64,000 nucleotides of DNA, taken from the NCBI GenBank assembly GCA_964601085.1, contig CAZRLN010000003.1:28192-92191 (forward strand), in the 5' to 3' direction. This document shows positions 54,480 to 64,000 of this stretch, one piece after another. Position 1 is the stretch's first letter; each line of letters starts with the position of its first letter. The translations under genes and the position numbers were made by a program. The notes under the pieces are model-generated. The model did not search any database, was not told the origin of the DNA, and worked only from the letters and a program-made list of their open reading frames with translations. Source of the stretch: an uncultured Veillonellaceae bacterium. Its GTDB lineage: Bacteria > Bacillota > Negativicutes > UBA1444.

Positions 54480-55709
54480 ATGAAGATGGATATTCGTGAA
54501 GAAGCTCTAAAACTGAGACGGAAGTATCATGGATTACTGGAAGTTCACTCAAAAGCACCGCTAACCACAAGGGATGAACTTAGCATCGTTTATACCCCAG
54601 GCGTAGCTGAACCTTGTAAAGACATTAAGGAAACCCAAGATCTATCCTTCGAACTGACATGTCGCGGCAATATGGTGGGAATTGTAACTGATGGTACGCG
54701 AGTCCTTGGTCTCGGTGACATTGGTCCGTTCGCCGCAATGCCGGTCATGGAAGGGAAAGCGTTGTTGTTCAAGACGTTTGGCGATGTTGATGCGATCCCC
54801 ATCTGTATCGACGCGAAGGATCCGGAAAAATTTATTGAAATGGTGAAAAGGTTGGAACCGACTTTTGGCGGGATCAATCTGGAGGATATTTCTTCCCCGA
54901 AGTGTTATGACATTGAAGACGCATTAATCGAACAGATGAATATTCCAGTATTCCACGATGATCAGCATGGGACGGCCATTGCCGCGGTGGCTGCAGTTTT
55001 GGGCGGATTACGGTTTGTGCAGAAGGATTTGCAGACGGCCCGGTTTGTAATTAATGGTGCAGGCGCCGCGGGCACAGCGATTGCCCGTTTATTGGTCTAT
55101 GCCGGGGTAAAAAACTTAATAATGATTGATTCACATGGAGCATTGCATGCGGACCGTTCCGATCTGAACAGGGTTCAAGCCCAACTTGTCAAACACACCA
55201 ATCTTGAGAAGCGTAGGGGCAATCTCGCGGAAATCGCCAAAGGGGCGGATGTATTGCTTGGAGTGTCTGGGCCGAGATTGTTCACAAAGGAAATAATCGG
55301 TAATCTGGCCAAAGATTCACTTGTTTTTGCAATGGCAAATCCTGTACCGGAAGTTATGTACGCAGAGGCTAAGGAAGCCGGAGCCCGTGTAGTGGGAACC
55401 GGACGTTCCGATGCTCCCAACCAGGCTAACAACGTCACGGTGTTTCCGGGAGTATTCCGAGGCGCGTTGGACGTTCGGGCGCGACGTATTACAGAAGACA
55501 TGAAATTGGCTGCCGCTCGCGCGATAGCGGGATTGTTGCCTGAAAAAGACCTGCGTGAAGATTTTGTCGTAGTTGACGCCTTTGATCCTCGCGTGGCGCC
55601 AGCAGTAGCGGCTGCTGTGGCGAAAGTGGCCATCGAAACCGATGTGGCGCGGGTCAAGATCGATCCGGAAGTAATCCGGGAACGAGCTGCCGCACGAATC
55701 GGCCGCTAA
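54480..55709 (+). CDS. NAD(P)-dependent malic enzyme (short form)
   Basis: LSIVYTPGVA...FNDDQHGTAI...GAGAAG. Start set at MKMDIRE, 48 nt inside the track ORF. Confidence 0.9.
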   Translation: MKMDIREEALKLRRKYHGLLEVHSKAPLTTRDELSIVYTPGVAEPCKDIKETQDLSFELTCRGNMVGIVTDGTRVLGLGDIGPFAAMPVMEGKALLFKTFGDVDAIPICIDAKDPEKFIEMVKRLEPTFGGINLEDISSPKCYDIEDALIEQMNIPVFHDDQHGTAIAAVAAVLGGLRFVQKDLQTARFVINGAGAAGTAIARLLVYAGVKNLIMIDSHGALHADRSDLNRVQAQLVKHTNLEKRRGNLAEIAKGADVLLGVSGPRLFTKEIIGNLAKDSLVFAMANPVPEVMYAEAKEAGARVVGTGRSDAPNQANNVTVFPGVFRGALDVRARRITEDMKLAAARAIAGLLPEKDLREDFVVVDAFDPRVAPAVAAAVAKVAIETDVARVKIDPEVIRERAAARIGR

Positions 55710-55799
55710 TCATGCGGAAATAGTCTGCTGCGATTGGCTCAAACTGCGTTTGTGCTTGACATCCACAAACATTATGTAGTACAATAACTTTCGCATCGA

Positions 55800-55876
55800 C
55801 GGGGCGTGGCTCAGTTTGGTAGAGCACCTGCCTTGGGAGCAGGGGGTCGCAGGTTCAAATCCTGCCGCTCCGACCA
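55800..55876 (+). tRNA. tRNA-Pro (UGG)
   Basis: CGGGGCG acceptor pairs with CGCUCCG; anticodon loop CUUGGGA. Confidence 0.85.
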
Positions 55877-55885
55877 TACACAGGT

Positions 55886-55959
55886 GCGGGTGTAACTCAA
55901 TGGTAGAGTGTCAGCCTTCCAAGCTGATTACGAGGGTTCGATTCCCTTCACCCGCTCCA
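55886..55959 (+). tRNA. tRNA-Gly (UCC)
   Basis: GCGGGUGUAACUCAAUGGUAGAG...CCUUCCAAG...CACCCGCUCCA. Confidence 0.9.
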
Positions 55960-55990
55960 TATTTTTTTGTCTGGACAGTGGCAACCCAGT

Positions 55991-56066
55991 GTCCCAGTAG
56001 CTCAGGGGATAGAGCAATGGACTTCTAATCCATTGGTCGGGGGTTCGATTCCCTCCTGGGACGCCA
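55991..56066 (+). tRNA. tRNA-Arg (UCU)
   Basis: GUCCCAGUAGCUCAGGGGAUAGAGC...ACUUCUAAU...CUGGGACGCCA. Confidence 0.9.
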
Positions 56067-56462
56067 AGAAAATAAACCCTTCCGAGATTCACTCTTGGAA
56101 GGGTTTCCTTTTTTCGTACAATAAATATACTAATTGTTTTCTTTTGTTGGCTTATTTGGGGATGTAACAATGGTCGTTCTTTATATTTGATCGTTCTTGT
56201 TCAAATCAAAGTATTTTTTACAGTTTTTTTTAACAGCAATCGGAAAAAAATTGGGCAACATGGCGAAAATCGGCAAAATTCAAAGCTATTTCTCATTTTT
56301 TTGGGATTTTGCGCTATATTTTAATGATAATTCCAGTATTGAGGAATATATGGGCAATATATGTAGCTTTTTTAAGTTTGCTAATTGGTCATATGGCGAT
56401 ATACTTATAAATGCCGGCTGCTTATTGCGGTCGGTATTTTTTTTTTAGGGAGGGATCTTACT

Positions 56463-56660
56463 ATGGTTGGAAAGGTGAAGTGGTTTAATGCAGAAAGGGG
56501 GTATGGCTTTATTAAACAGGCAACGGGCGGCGATCTTTTTGTGCATTATTCTGCAATCGATGCGAAGGGCTTTCGATGTCTGGAAACGGGTCAATCGGTG
56601 GAATATGAAGTGGTGTCGGTGAACAATCGACAAGAAGCCGCTCATGTCACAAAATTATAA
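56463..56660 (+). CDS. Cold-shock protein (CspA family)
   Basis: MVGKVKWFNAERGYGFIKQATGGDLFVHYSAI; 65 aa; preceded by a ~350-nt AT-rich leader. Confidence 0.9.
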   Translation: MVGKVKWFNAERGYGFIKQATGGDLFVHYSAIDAKGFRCLETGQSVEYEVVSVNNRQEAAHVTKL

Positions 56661-56761
56661 AAATTTTGGCAACATGCGTATATTTCTGTGGAATCCTATT
56701 ATTTCCGCAGGAATTTTCGAGGATGACGCCGAATAATAATAGCATAGATCAGGAAAGGAGC

Positions 56762-57316
56762 ATGGATCTTATGGCTATTACTGTACGCGGCAAAAATCTC
56801 GACATTACGCCTCCGTTGAAAGAATACGTGGAAAAGCGCGTCAAAAAGGTTACCAAGTATTTTGACAAGACGGGTGACATTACAGTCATTCTCTCCGTAG
56901 AAAAAGGTCGTCACCAGACCGGAAATTTTCATCATGTTGAAGTTACCGTGCCTGTTAATGGGCTGCTGATCCGGGGAGAAGAACGCACTGCCGACATGTA
57001 TGCATCGATTGATCAAGTCATGGACAAAATCGAAAAACAAATTGGCAAGTATAAGACGAAACTGGAGAAAAAATTCCGGGGCAGCGGGTTCCGGGCTGAT
57101 GTAGCTTCCTCGGTGACGATTCCAGAAGTGGAGGAGGATGCTATCGTTCGAACCAAACGGTTCGCGGTGAAACCAATGGATCCGGAAGAAGCGATTCTGC
57201 AAATGAATTTGCTGAACCATGATTTTTTCATGTTCCTGAACATCGAATCGGAACAGGTGAATGTGGTATATCGTCGAAAGGACGGATACTATGGCTTACT
57301 GGAACCTGAATTTTGA
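56762..57316 (+). CDS. hpf: Ribosome hibernation-promoting factor, long form
   Basis: MAITVRGKNLDITPPLKEYVEKRV... plus C-terminal dimerisation domain. Start set at the RBS-supported ATG. Confidence 0.85.
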   Translation: MDLMAITVRGKNLDITPPLKEYVEKRVKKVTKYFDKTGDITVILSVEKGRHQTGNFHHVEVTVPVNGLLIRGEERTADMYASIDQVMDKIEKQIGKYKTKLEKKFRGSGFRADVASSVTIPEVEEDAIVRTKRFAVKPMDPEEAILQMNLLNHDFFMFLNIESEQVNVVYRRKDGYYGLLEPEF

Positions 57317-57346
57317 TTTGGAGACATTAGGATAATTGTTGCTTCC

Positions 57347-57385
57347 AGGGATCGCGCCGATAACGAAAGTATCGGCGCGATCCTT
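57347..57385 (+). terminator. Rho-independent terminator after hpf (ggatcgcgccgata...tatcggcgcgatcc plus T tract)
   Basis: 14-bp stem plus TTTTGT. Confidence 0.55.
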
Positions 57386-57496
57386 TTGTCGTTTTCTTGC
57401 GCAATTGATCCTGACGAGTGCTTGTTCGCGCTATTTTTTGCACTTTATAAAGGACTCTGATAAAATATCTTAGATAGGCAAAAGGAGTGATCTGTT

Positions 57497-59998
57497 TTGT
57501 TAGGTTTTTTGAAAAAATTGTTTGGTGACGATAATGAAAATGAAATCCGTCGCATGGAGGAATACGTTGAGCGAATTAATTCGCTTGAGCCCTCAATGCA
57601 GAAATTAAGCGACGCCTCTTTGGCCGCCAAGACGGTTGAGTTTCGTCAACGTCTTGAAAATGGCGAAACGTTGGACTTGTTGCTTCCGGAAGCTTTTGCA
57701 GCCGTTCGCGAGGCCTCCTTGCGAACAACGGGAATGCGGCATTTTGATGTGCAGCTTCTTGGCGGCGTGACCCTGCATGAGGGGAAGATCGCCGAAATGA
57801 AAACTGGTGAAGGCAAGACGTTGGTGGCCACACTGCCGGTGTACCTCAATGCATTGGACGGCAAGGGCGTTCATCTGGTCACGGTCAATGATTATCTTGC
57901 AAAACGTGACAGTGAATGGATGGGGAAAATTTATAAATTCATGGGATTATCGGTGGGATTGATTTCTCATGGCTTGGATTTTGACGAGCGCAAGGCCGCT
58001 TACGCGGCGGACATTACCTATGGAACAAACAATGAGTTTGGTTTTGATTATCTGCGCGATAATATGGTCATCTATTCGGAGCAAATGGTGCAACGGCCAT
58101 TGAATTACGCGATCGTGGACGAAGTGGACTCGATTTTGATTGATGAAGCGAGGACGCCGTTGATTATTTCCGGACCGGGGGAAAAATCGACGGATCTTTA
58201 CTATGTGTTGGCTAAAGTGGTGCCCAAGTTAAGAGAAGGCGAAGATTATACCGTCGATGAGAAGCTGCATACGGTGGCGCCGACGGAAGCCGGCGTCGCC
58301 AAGGCTGAGAAGGCGCTCAATGTCCGGAATCTATATGATAATGAAAATATGGAGCTTTCCCATCACTTTAATCAAGCGTTGCGGGCGCATGCACTGATGC
58401 ATCGGGACAAGGACTATGTGGTGAAAGACGGCGAAGTCATTATCGTTGACGAATTTACCGGACGGCTGATGTTTGGGCGTCGTTATTCCGACGGATTGCA
58501 CCAGGCGATTGAGGCTAAGGAAGGCGTCAAGATTGAGCGGGAAAGTCAGACGTTGGCAACCATCACGTTTCAGAACTATTTCCGGATGTACAATAAGCTA
58601 TCCGGCATGACCGGAACGGCCAAAACGGAAGAGCAGGAATTCCGGAAGATCTACGGACTGGACGTTATTGTTATTCCGACCCATCGGCCGATGGTTCGAC
58701 TTGATCACCCGGATGTGATTTACAAGACGAAGCGAGGCAAGTATAAAGCCGCAGTGTCGGAGATTGCGGAATTGTACACCAAAGGGCAACCGGTCTTGGT
58801 GGGCACCACTTCCATTGCCCAGTCGGAAGATTTATCGGCGATGCTGAAACGGCAAGGGGTTCCCCATAATGTGCTGAACGCGAAGTTCCATGAGATGGAG
58901 GCCCAGATTATTTCCCAGGCCGGTCAGCGTGCGGCGGTTACGATCGCCACCAACATGGCGGGTCGTGGTACGGATATCGTCTTGGGAGAAGGGGTTCCGG
59001 AGCTGGGTGGTTTGCATATTATCGGTACGGAACGGCACGAGAGTCGACGAATTGACAATCAGCTGCGCGGTCGCTCGGGACGTCAGGGAGATCCTGGTTC
59101 TTCCCGTTTTTACTTGTCGCTGGAAGACGATTTGATGCGGTTGTTCGGTGCGGAAAATATTTCTTCTTTGATGGATAAACTCGGTATGGAAGAAGACGAA
59201 CCCATTGAGCATTCGTTGATTACTAGGTCGATCGAACAGGCGCAGAAAAAGGTCGAAGCGCAACATTTCAATACCCGGAAACACGTTCTGGAATACGATG
59301 ATGTTATGAACCAGCAACGGGAAGTGATCTATGGGCAGCGCCGACAGATTTTACACGGTGAGAAGCTGCGCGAAAACATTTTCTTCATGATCGAAAAATT
59401 AATCGACCATGGCATGGATTTGTTCGCAAACGAAAAAACCCATCCAGAGGAATGGGATCTGGATGGGTTGATTGAATACGCGGAGGATTTGTTCGCGGCG
59501 GAAGGCGATCTGAAGAAATCCGAGCTGGAAAGCATGAGCCGGGAAGAGGTTCGTGAAGACTTGCTGGAGGCGGCTAATGAAAATTATGACCGCCGTGAAG
59601 TTCTGTTCGGCGTCGAAAATATGCGTGAACTCGAAAAGGTTGTCATGCTGAAGGTGGTTGACGCCAAATGGATGGATCATCTCGATGCGATGGACATGCT
59701 GCGGCAGGGGATCGGCCTGCGGGCTTACGGCCAGAAAGACCCACTGATCGAGTATAAGATTGAGGCTTTTGATATGTTTGGCCAGATGATCGAACATATT
59801 CAGGAAGACATTGTCCGGTACATTTATCGGGTCAACATCGTGACGCAGGCGGAAGACCGTTTGGCGCAAGCCACGACAAGCCATGGCGATGAAGCTGCGC
59901 CGAATGAGCCGATACGAGCCAAGGAAACGGTGGGACGCAACGAGTTGTGCCCATGCGGCAGTGGTAAGAAATATAAGAAATGCTGCGGCGCAAAATAA
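57497..59998 (+). CDS. secA: Preprotein translocase ATPase SecA
   Basis: 833 aa; [10 protein letters not shown]...; DEAD-like motor; C-terminal [14 protein letters not shown] zinc finger. Confidence 0.95.
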   Translation: MLGFLKKLFGDDNENEIRRMEEYVERINSLEPSMQKLSDASLAAKTVEFRQRLENGETLDLLLPEAFAAVREASLRTTGMRHFDVQLLGGVTLHEGKIAEMKTGEGKTLVATLPVYLNALDGKGVHLVTVNDYLAKRDSEWMGKIYKFMGLSVGLISHGLDFDERKAAYAADITYGTNNEFGFDYLRDNMVIYSEQMVQRPLNYAIVDEVDSILIDEARTPLIISGPGEKSTDLYYVLAKVVPKLREGEDYTVDEKLHTVAPTEAGVAKAEKALNVRNLYDNENMELSHHFNQALRAHALMHRDKDYVVKDGEVIIVDEFTGRLMFGRRYSDGLHQAIEAKEGVKIERESQTLATITFQNYFRMYNKLSGMTGTAKTEEQEFRKIYGLDVIVIPTHRPMVRLDHPDVIYKTKRGKYKAAVSEIAELYTKGQPVLVGTTSIAQSEDLSAMLKRQGVPHNVLNAKFHEMEAQIISQAGQRAAVTIATNMAGRGTDIVLGEGVPELGGLHIIGTERHESRRIDNQLRGRSGRQGDPGSSRFYLSLEDDLMRLFGAENISSLMDKLGMEEDEPIEHSLITRSIEQAQKKVEAQHFNTRKHVLEYDDVMNQQREVIYGQRRQILHGEKLRENIFFMIEKLIDHGMDLFANEKTHPEEWDLDGLIEYAEDLFAAEGDLKKSELESMSREEVREDLLEAANENYDRREVLFGVENMRELEKVVMLKVVDAKWMDHLDAMDMLRQGIGLRAYGQKDPLIEYKIEAFDMFGQMIEHIQEDIVRYIYRVNIVTQAEDRLAQATTSHGDEAAPNEPIRAKETVGRNELCPCGSGKKYKKCCGAK

Positions 59999-60013
59999 AA
60001 CGAGCTTGGGGGC

Positions 60014-60775
60014 TTGAAGATGCTAAAGATCGAGAACTTGGCAGTAGCAGTAGGAGATAAGCCTATTTTGCATGATGTCAATCTTGAAATTAAGCCGGGG
60101 CAGGTGCATGTTCTGTTCGGTCCCAATGGAACGGGAAAATCAACATTGATTGGCGCAATTATGGGATTTCCCCGCTATCGGATCACAGCAGGAAAGATCT
60201 GGTTCAAAGATGTCGATATCACGGAAACGCCTGTTTACGAAAGAGCTCGCGCCGGGATTGGCGTCATGATCCAACGACCGCCGACAGTCCGGGGATTATC
60301 GGTTCGCCAGATGGTTGGGATTTGTTCACGGCAACAAGCGGATGCCGATGAACTTGCCGCGAAGCTCAATATGACCGACTTTTTGGAGCGTAATGTCAAT
60401 GAAGGATTTTCCGGCGGCGAGATCAAGCGTTCGGAACTGTTGCAATTGACGGCGCAAAAGCCGGATCTATTATTACTCGATGAACCGGAATCCGGGGTTG
60501 ATATCGAAAATATCGCTTTGGTTGGTGAAGCGGCCAATCGGATTTTGTTCCGCGGCCACGCCGATGGACAGGAAGCTTCCCTGCGGAAGCAAAGGGCTGA
60601 ACGAACCAAGTCCGGCCTTATCATTACTCATACTGGCCATATTCTTCAATATGTGCCGGCGGACGTTGCCCATGTGATGTATAAGGGAACGCTTTCTTGC
60701 AGCGGCAACGCGCAGGAAATGTTGCAATGCATTCAACACAAGGGTTATGAAGAATGCATCCGCTGTGCGATGTGA
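60014..60775 (+). CDS. sufC: Fe-S cluster assembly ATPase SufC
   Basis: LFGPNGTGKSTL Walker A; SGGEIKRSELL signature; LLLLDEPESGVD Walker B. Confidence 0.8.
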   Translation: MKMLKIENLAVAVGDKPILHDVNLEIKPGQVHVLFGPNGTGKSTLIGAIMGFPRYRITAGKIWFKDVDITETPVYERARAGIGVMIQRPPTVRGLSVRQMVGICSRQQADADELAAKLNMTDFLERNVNEGFSGGEIKRSELLQLTAQKPDLLLLDEPESGVDIENIALVGEAANRILFRGHADGQEASLRKQRAERTKSGLIITHTGHILQYVPADVAHVMYKGTLSCSGNAQEMLQCIQHKGYEECIRCAM

Positions 60776-60789
60776 GGGAGGGGTTGGCG

Positions 60790-62016
60790 ATGAACAAACA
60801 AGATGTTCTGAATGAAAAGGCCCGATCGGCGATTGATAAGAAAGCGGTATATGGCGCCGATGTCGACTTGGATAGTTTTGTTGAACATGGCCGCGAAGAT
60901 GATCCCGTGCCTGATTTGAGGGCATTGCCGGCGGAGAGACGGCGACAGTTGGAAACGATTGGTTTGGATACTTCCGGAACGGGACGGGCCGGAACCTATA
61001 TGCAGATGGATCATTCAGTGTCGCATTGCGACATTGCCGCCGATGGAGTGGAGATTATGTCTACTGACGCGGCGCTGAAGTGTCACGATTGGCTGACGGA
61101 TTATTGGTGGCGTGCGGTTGCGCCGGATGCCGACAAATATACGGCCAGGGCCGCGTTGCATCAGGAACACGGCTATTTTATCCGGGCTTTGTCCGGACGG
61201 AAAATTCCGGAACCGGTGCAGGCTTGCCTTTATATTGGTCAAGAGGGCCTGATCCAGGATGTTCATAACATGATCATCGTGGAAGAAGGCGCGGAACTGC
61301 ATGTCATCACTGGTTGCGCAACAGATCCGAATGTAAAACGCGGAGCGCACATCGGGATCAGCGAGTTTTATATCAAGAAGGGCGGGAAATTGACTTTCAC
61401 CATGATTCACCGTTGGGGCGAGGAAATCACGGTTCGCCCCCGTACCGGCGTGATTGTGGAGGAAAATGGTCTGTTCATTTCCAACTATGTATGTATGCAA
61501 AAAGTGAAGGATATCCAAATGTATCCAAGTACCCGACTTACCGCGCCCGGCGCAGTGGCCCGGGTAAATTCCATTTTGGTGGCGCCGCCAGGTTCGCACA
61601 TGGATGTGGGCGGACGGGTGGTGTTGGAATCGCCGGGAACCAAGGCGGAGATCGTCGCCCGGACGATTTCGACCGGTGGAGTAATTATTAACCGCGGCCA
61701 TTTAGTCGGAGGAGCCTCTGAGTCCAAGGCGCATTTGGAATGCCATGGATTGCTGCTGTCTCCGGGCGGAGTAATTCATGCCGTCCCGGAATTGGAAGCA
61801 CGCGCCGATAATGCGGAATTGAGCCATGAAGCGGCAGTCGGCAAAATTGCTCCAGAAGAGATTGAGTATTTAATGGCTCGCGGGCTGGATGAAGAAGAAG
61901 CGGTGGCAACAATCGTCAGAGGATTTCTGAACGTAAATATCGAAGGGATTCCGGCGTCATTGGCGCAAGAGATTAATCGCGCGGTTGGCGAATTCGCGCT
62001 GAATAAGGGAGCATAA
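60790..62016 (+). CDS. sufB: Fe-S cluster assembly scaffold SufB/SufD-family protein
   Basis: ~408 aa beta-helix family, translationally linked to sufC. Start set at the RBS-supported ATG (MNKQDVL). Confidence 0.7.
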   Translation: MNKQDVLNEKARSAIDKKAVYGADVDLDSFVEHGREDDPVPDLRALPAERRRQLETIGLDTSGTGRAGTYMQMDHSVSHCDIAADGVEIMSTDAALKCHDWLTDYWWRAVAPDADKYTARAALHQEHGYFIRALSGRKIPEPVQACLYIGQEGLIQDVHNMIIVEEGAELHVITGCATDPNVKRGAHIGISEFYIKKGGKLTFTMIHRWGEEITVRPRTGVIVEENGLFISNYVCMQKVKDIQMYPSTRLTAPGAVARVNSILVAPPGSHMDVGGRVVLESPGTKAEIVARTISTGGVIINRGHLVGGASESKAHLECHGLLLSPGGVIHAVPELEARADNAELSHEAAVGKIAPEEIEYLMARGLDEEEAVATIVRGFLNVNIEGIPASLAQEINRAVGEFALNKGA

Positions 62017-62094
62017 CTCTTAGTATCTGCTGTTATGCCCGGAATGTAATGATAAAAAAGGGGACTGCCCCATTTTTGTAGGAGTGAAGAAGAA

Positions 62095-63196
62095 GTGCTA
62101 TTGTCGGAATGGAAAGGGACTATCGAAGAGCTGGGGCGCAAGGTTGAAGAACTTAGGGGGTCTCTTTGACGTCGCTGAAAAAGAGATTCAAATAGCCCGT
62201 CTCGAACGAGTGGCAGGATCCCATGATCTTTGGGACGATCCGCAGGCGGCGCAAAAGGTGATGCAGGATCTTACCGCGCTGAAAGCGCCGGTGGAACAAT
62301 ATTACGGATTGAAGAATCGGCGGGAAGATGTTCTGGCGCTTTGGGAATTAGGCATGGAAGAAAATGATGACAGTGTCCAGGCGGAGTTGGAGGAACAGAT
62401 TAAAGAACTGGAACACGATCTCGAACAAATTCAGCTTTCATTGATGCTCTCAGGCGAGTATGATGCGAACAACGCGATCCTGACCTTACATGCCGGCGCT
62501 GGCGGCACGGAAGCGCAGGACTGGGCGCAAATGCTATTGCGCATGTATGTGCGCTGGGCAGAACGAAATCGCTATAAAGTGGAAACAATGGATTTCCAAG
62601 ATGGGGACGAGGCTGGAGTCAAGAGCGCCACGTTGCTGATTTCTGGGCGGAATGTTTACGGGTATCTGAAGGCGGAAAAAGGAGTGCACCGGTTGGTGCG
62701 GATTTCTCCTTTTGATGCCAATGCCCGGCGTCATACTTCTTTTGCAGCGATTGACGTGATGCCGGAAGTCGATGACAATGTTGAGATTGAGATTCGACCG
62801 GAAGATTTGAAGGTTGACACTTTCAGGGCAGGCGGAGCTGGCGGTCAGCATATTAATAAGACGGATTCGGCCGTACGGATGACGCACCTGCCAACGGGTG
62901 TTATTGTCCAGTGTCAGAATGAACGATCCCAAATTCAAAACCGTGAACAATGCATGCGATTGCTGAGGGCGCGTCTATTTGAACTGGAACGGGAACGGCA
63001 AGCGGCGGAAAAAGCTGAAATTGCCGGCGACTATCAAAAAATCGAATGGGGAAGTCAGATTCGGTCGTATGTTTTCCATCCCTATAGCATGGTGAAGGAT
63101 CATCGGACCAGTTTTGAGACCGGCAATGTGCAGGCTGTCATGGATGGCGAGCTGGATGGCTTTATTGAGGCATATCTGAAACAAAAACTTCTGTAG
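62095..63196 (+). CDS. prfB: Peptide chain release factor 2 with programmed +1 frameshift at CTT TGA C (62164-62170)
   Basis: Frame 0 from GTG 62095 reads VLLSEWKGTIEELGRKVEELRGSL then UGA. The +1 frame continues DVAEKEIQ... with SPF and GGQ motifs. SD-like AGGGGG sits 3 nt upstream of CUU. Confidence 0.9.
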
Positions 63197-63205
63197 GAGG
63201 GCGCC

Positions 63206-63883
63206 ATGTCAAAGAAGACGGTTGCGATTGGACTGGTTGCCGCTCTTGTCATTTTTAGCGAATTCATCACCCCGTTATTGGCTTCCTATTGGTTGGACAG
63301 TTCTCTTGTAAAAGTCATGCCGGCGAAGGAACATAATGTATCGGCGCGCTCCTTTCCCGGAGTTATGCTTTGGCAGGGTCGTTTCGACAATGTCCAGGCG
63401 GCATCGGCTGATGCCCGACTGGATGGTCTGAAACTGCAAGAAGTGGGGATAAAGATCGGCGACGCGCGGCTCGATATGTCGGATTTGATGAACAATAAGC
63501 GCGTTACGGTTCGACATGTCCGTGACCTGAACGTTATGATCAAGGTGAATGAAAAAGATTTAGCCGAATATCTGGCTTCAAAGGTGAAAGAGGTTAAAAA
63601 TCCAACGGTGAAGATTTTAACCGATAAGATTCAGATCCGGAGCGATGTGGATCTGGGAATTCTTAAGCTGTCGGTGGGCGTGGATGGCAAAGTCGTTGGC
63701 GATGCACAGTCGATTCGGTTCCGCAGTGACCGACTGGAAGTCAAGAATACTGGTGGTATCAACTTTGGCGCATTGCTGGCGGAAATTTCCTTGGTGGATT
63801 TAACGCGTTTGCCATTTAAGGTGGCAGTTCGCAAGGTTGTCATGGAACCTGGGTTTCTCGTTATTTTTGCGGACAATCATTGA
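63206..63883 (+). CDS. DUF2993/LmeA-like membrane-anchored protein
   Basis: N-terminal TM helix followed by a beta-rich domain; 225 aa. Confidence 0.45.
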   Translation: MSKKTVAIGLVAALVIFSEFITPLLASYWLDSSLVKVMPAKEHNVSARSFPGVMLWQGRFDNVQAASADARLDGLKLQEVGIKIGDARLDMSDLMNNKRVTVRHVRDLNVMIKVNEKDLAEYLASKVKEVKNPTVKILTDKIQIRSDVDLGILKLSVGVDGKVVGDAQSIRFRSDRLEVKNTGGINFGALLAEISLVDLTRLPFKVAVRKVVMEPGFLVIFADNH

Positions 63884-64000
63884 GTAGCCGATTTTTAAGG
63901 TGGAATGAATTTTGCTGGTATTTCGATATAATCGGATTCTCATCATCCTGATTGCCATTGGCTTGGCGGCAGCCTTGCTGGTGAATTGGCAACGGTATAA

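Noticed and set aside
55816-56167. Track ORFs 55816-56028(+), 55928-56170(-), 55967-56167(+)
   Set aside because: They lie entirely over the tRNA-Pro/Gly/Arg cluster. The translated text is just tRNA sequence.

Overview
This 64-kb window reads as a Firmicutes-type chromosome segment with a mosaic GC profile. The core is housekeeping.

A minus-strand glycolytic operon runs gap-pgk-tpiA-gpmI-eno, followed by secG. Also present are smpB with RNase R, a tmRNA gene (ssrA), cspA-like, hpf, secA, a sufCB pair, and prfB with its programmed +1 frameshift. rph-rdgB-yfcE, malic enzyme, speE, an M29 aminopeptidase and a membrane H+/Na+-PPase complete the housekeeping set. There are six tRNAs: Glu, Val, Arg-CCG, Pro, Gly and Arg-TCT.

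The main accessory feature is a ~11.9-kb genomic island abutting the 3' end of ssrA, spanning ~10087-21983. Two degenerate direct copies of the tmRNA 3' terminus mark its far side, at 10087-10101 and 11061-11072.

The island carries:
- a HEPN/MNT toxin-antitoxin pair;
- a four-gene SiaABCD-like partner-switch c-di-GMP module. It comprises a GHKL kinase-like protein, a DUF1987/SiaC-like protein, a GGDEF cyclase, and a PP2C phosphatase fused to a periplasmic PhnD/SsuA-like solute-binding sensor domain;
- a putative replication protein next to an AT-rich non-coding region;
- ArdC-like, RadC and YqaJ-like genes and an XRE regulator;
- a large serine recombinase whose 3' end overlaps the tmRNA gene.

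Other points worth a second look:
- two STAS genes sit between smpB and ssrA;
- nudC is split at a homopolymer;
- a soluble CBS-PPase gene lies divergent to the membrane PPase gene;
- a translationally coupled six-gene cluster (DUF3842-like, thioesterase, membrane protein, CofE-like, HgdB-like, activase) lies upstream of rph;
- there is a large acidic membrane-anchored protein.

No rRNA or CRISPR array is present.

All functional calls are from motif reading by eye. No database search or computation was run.
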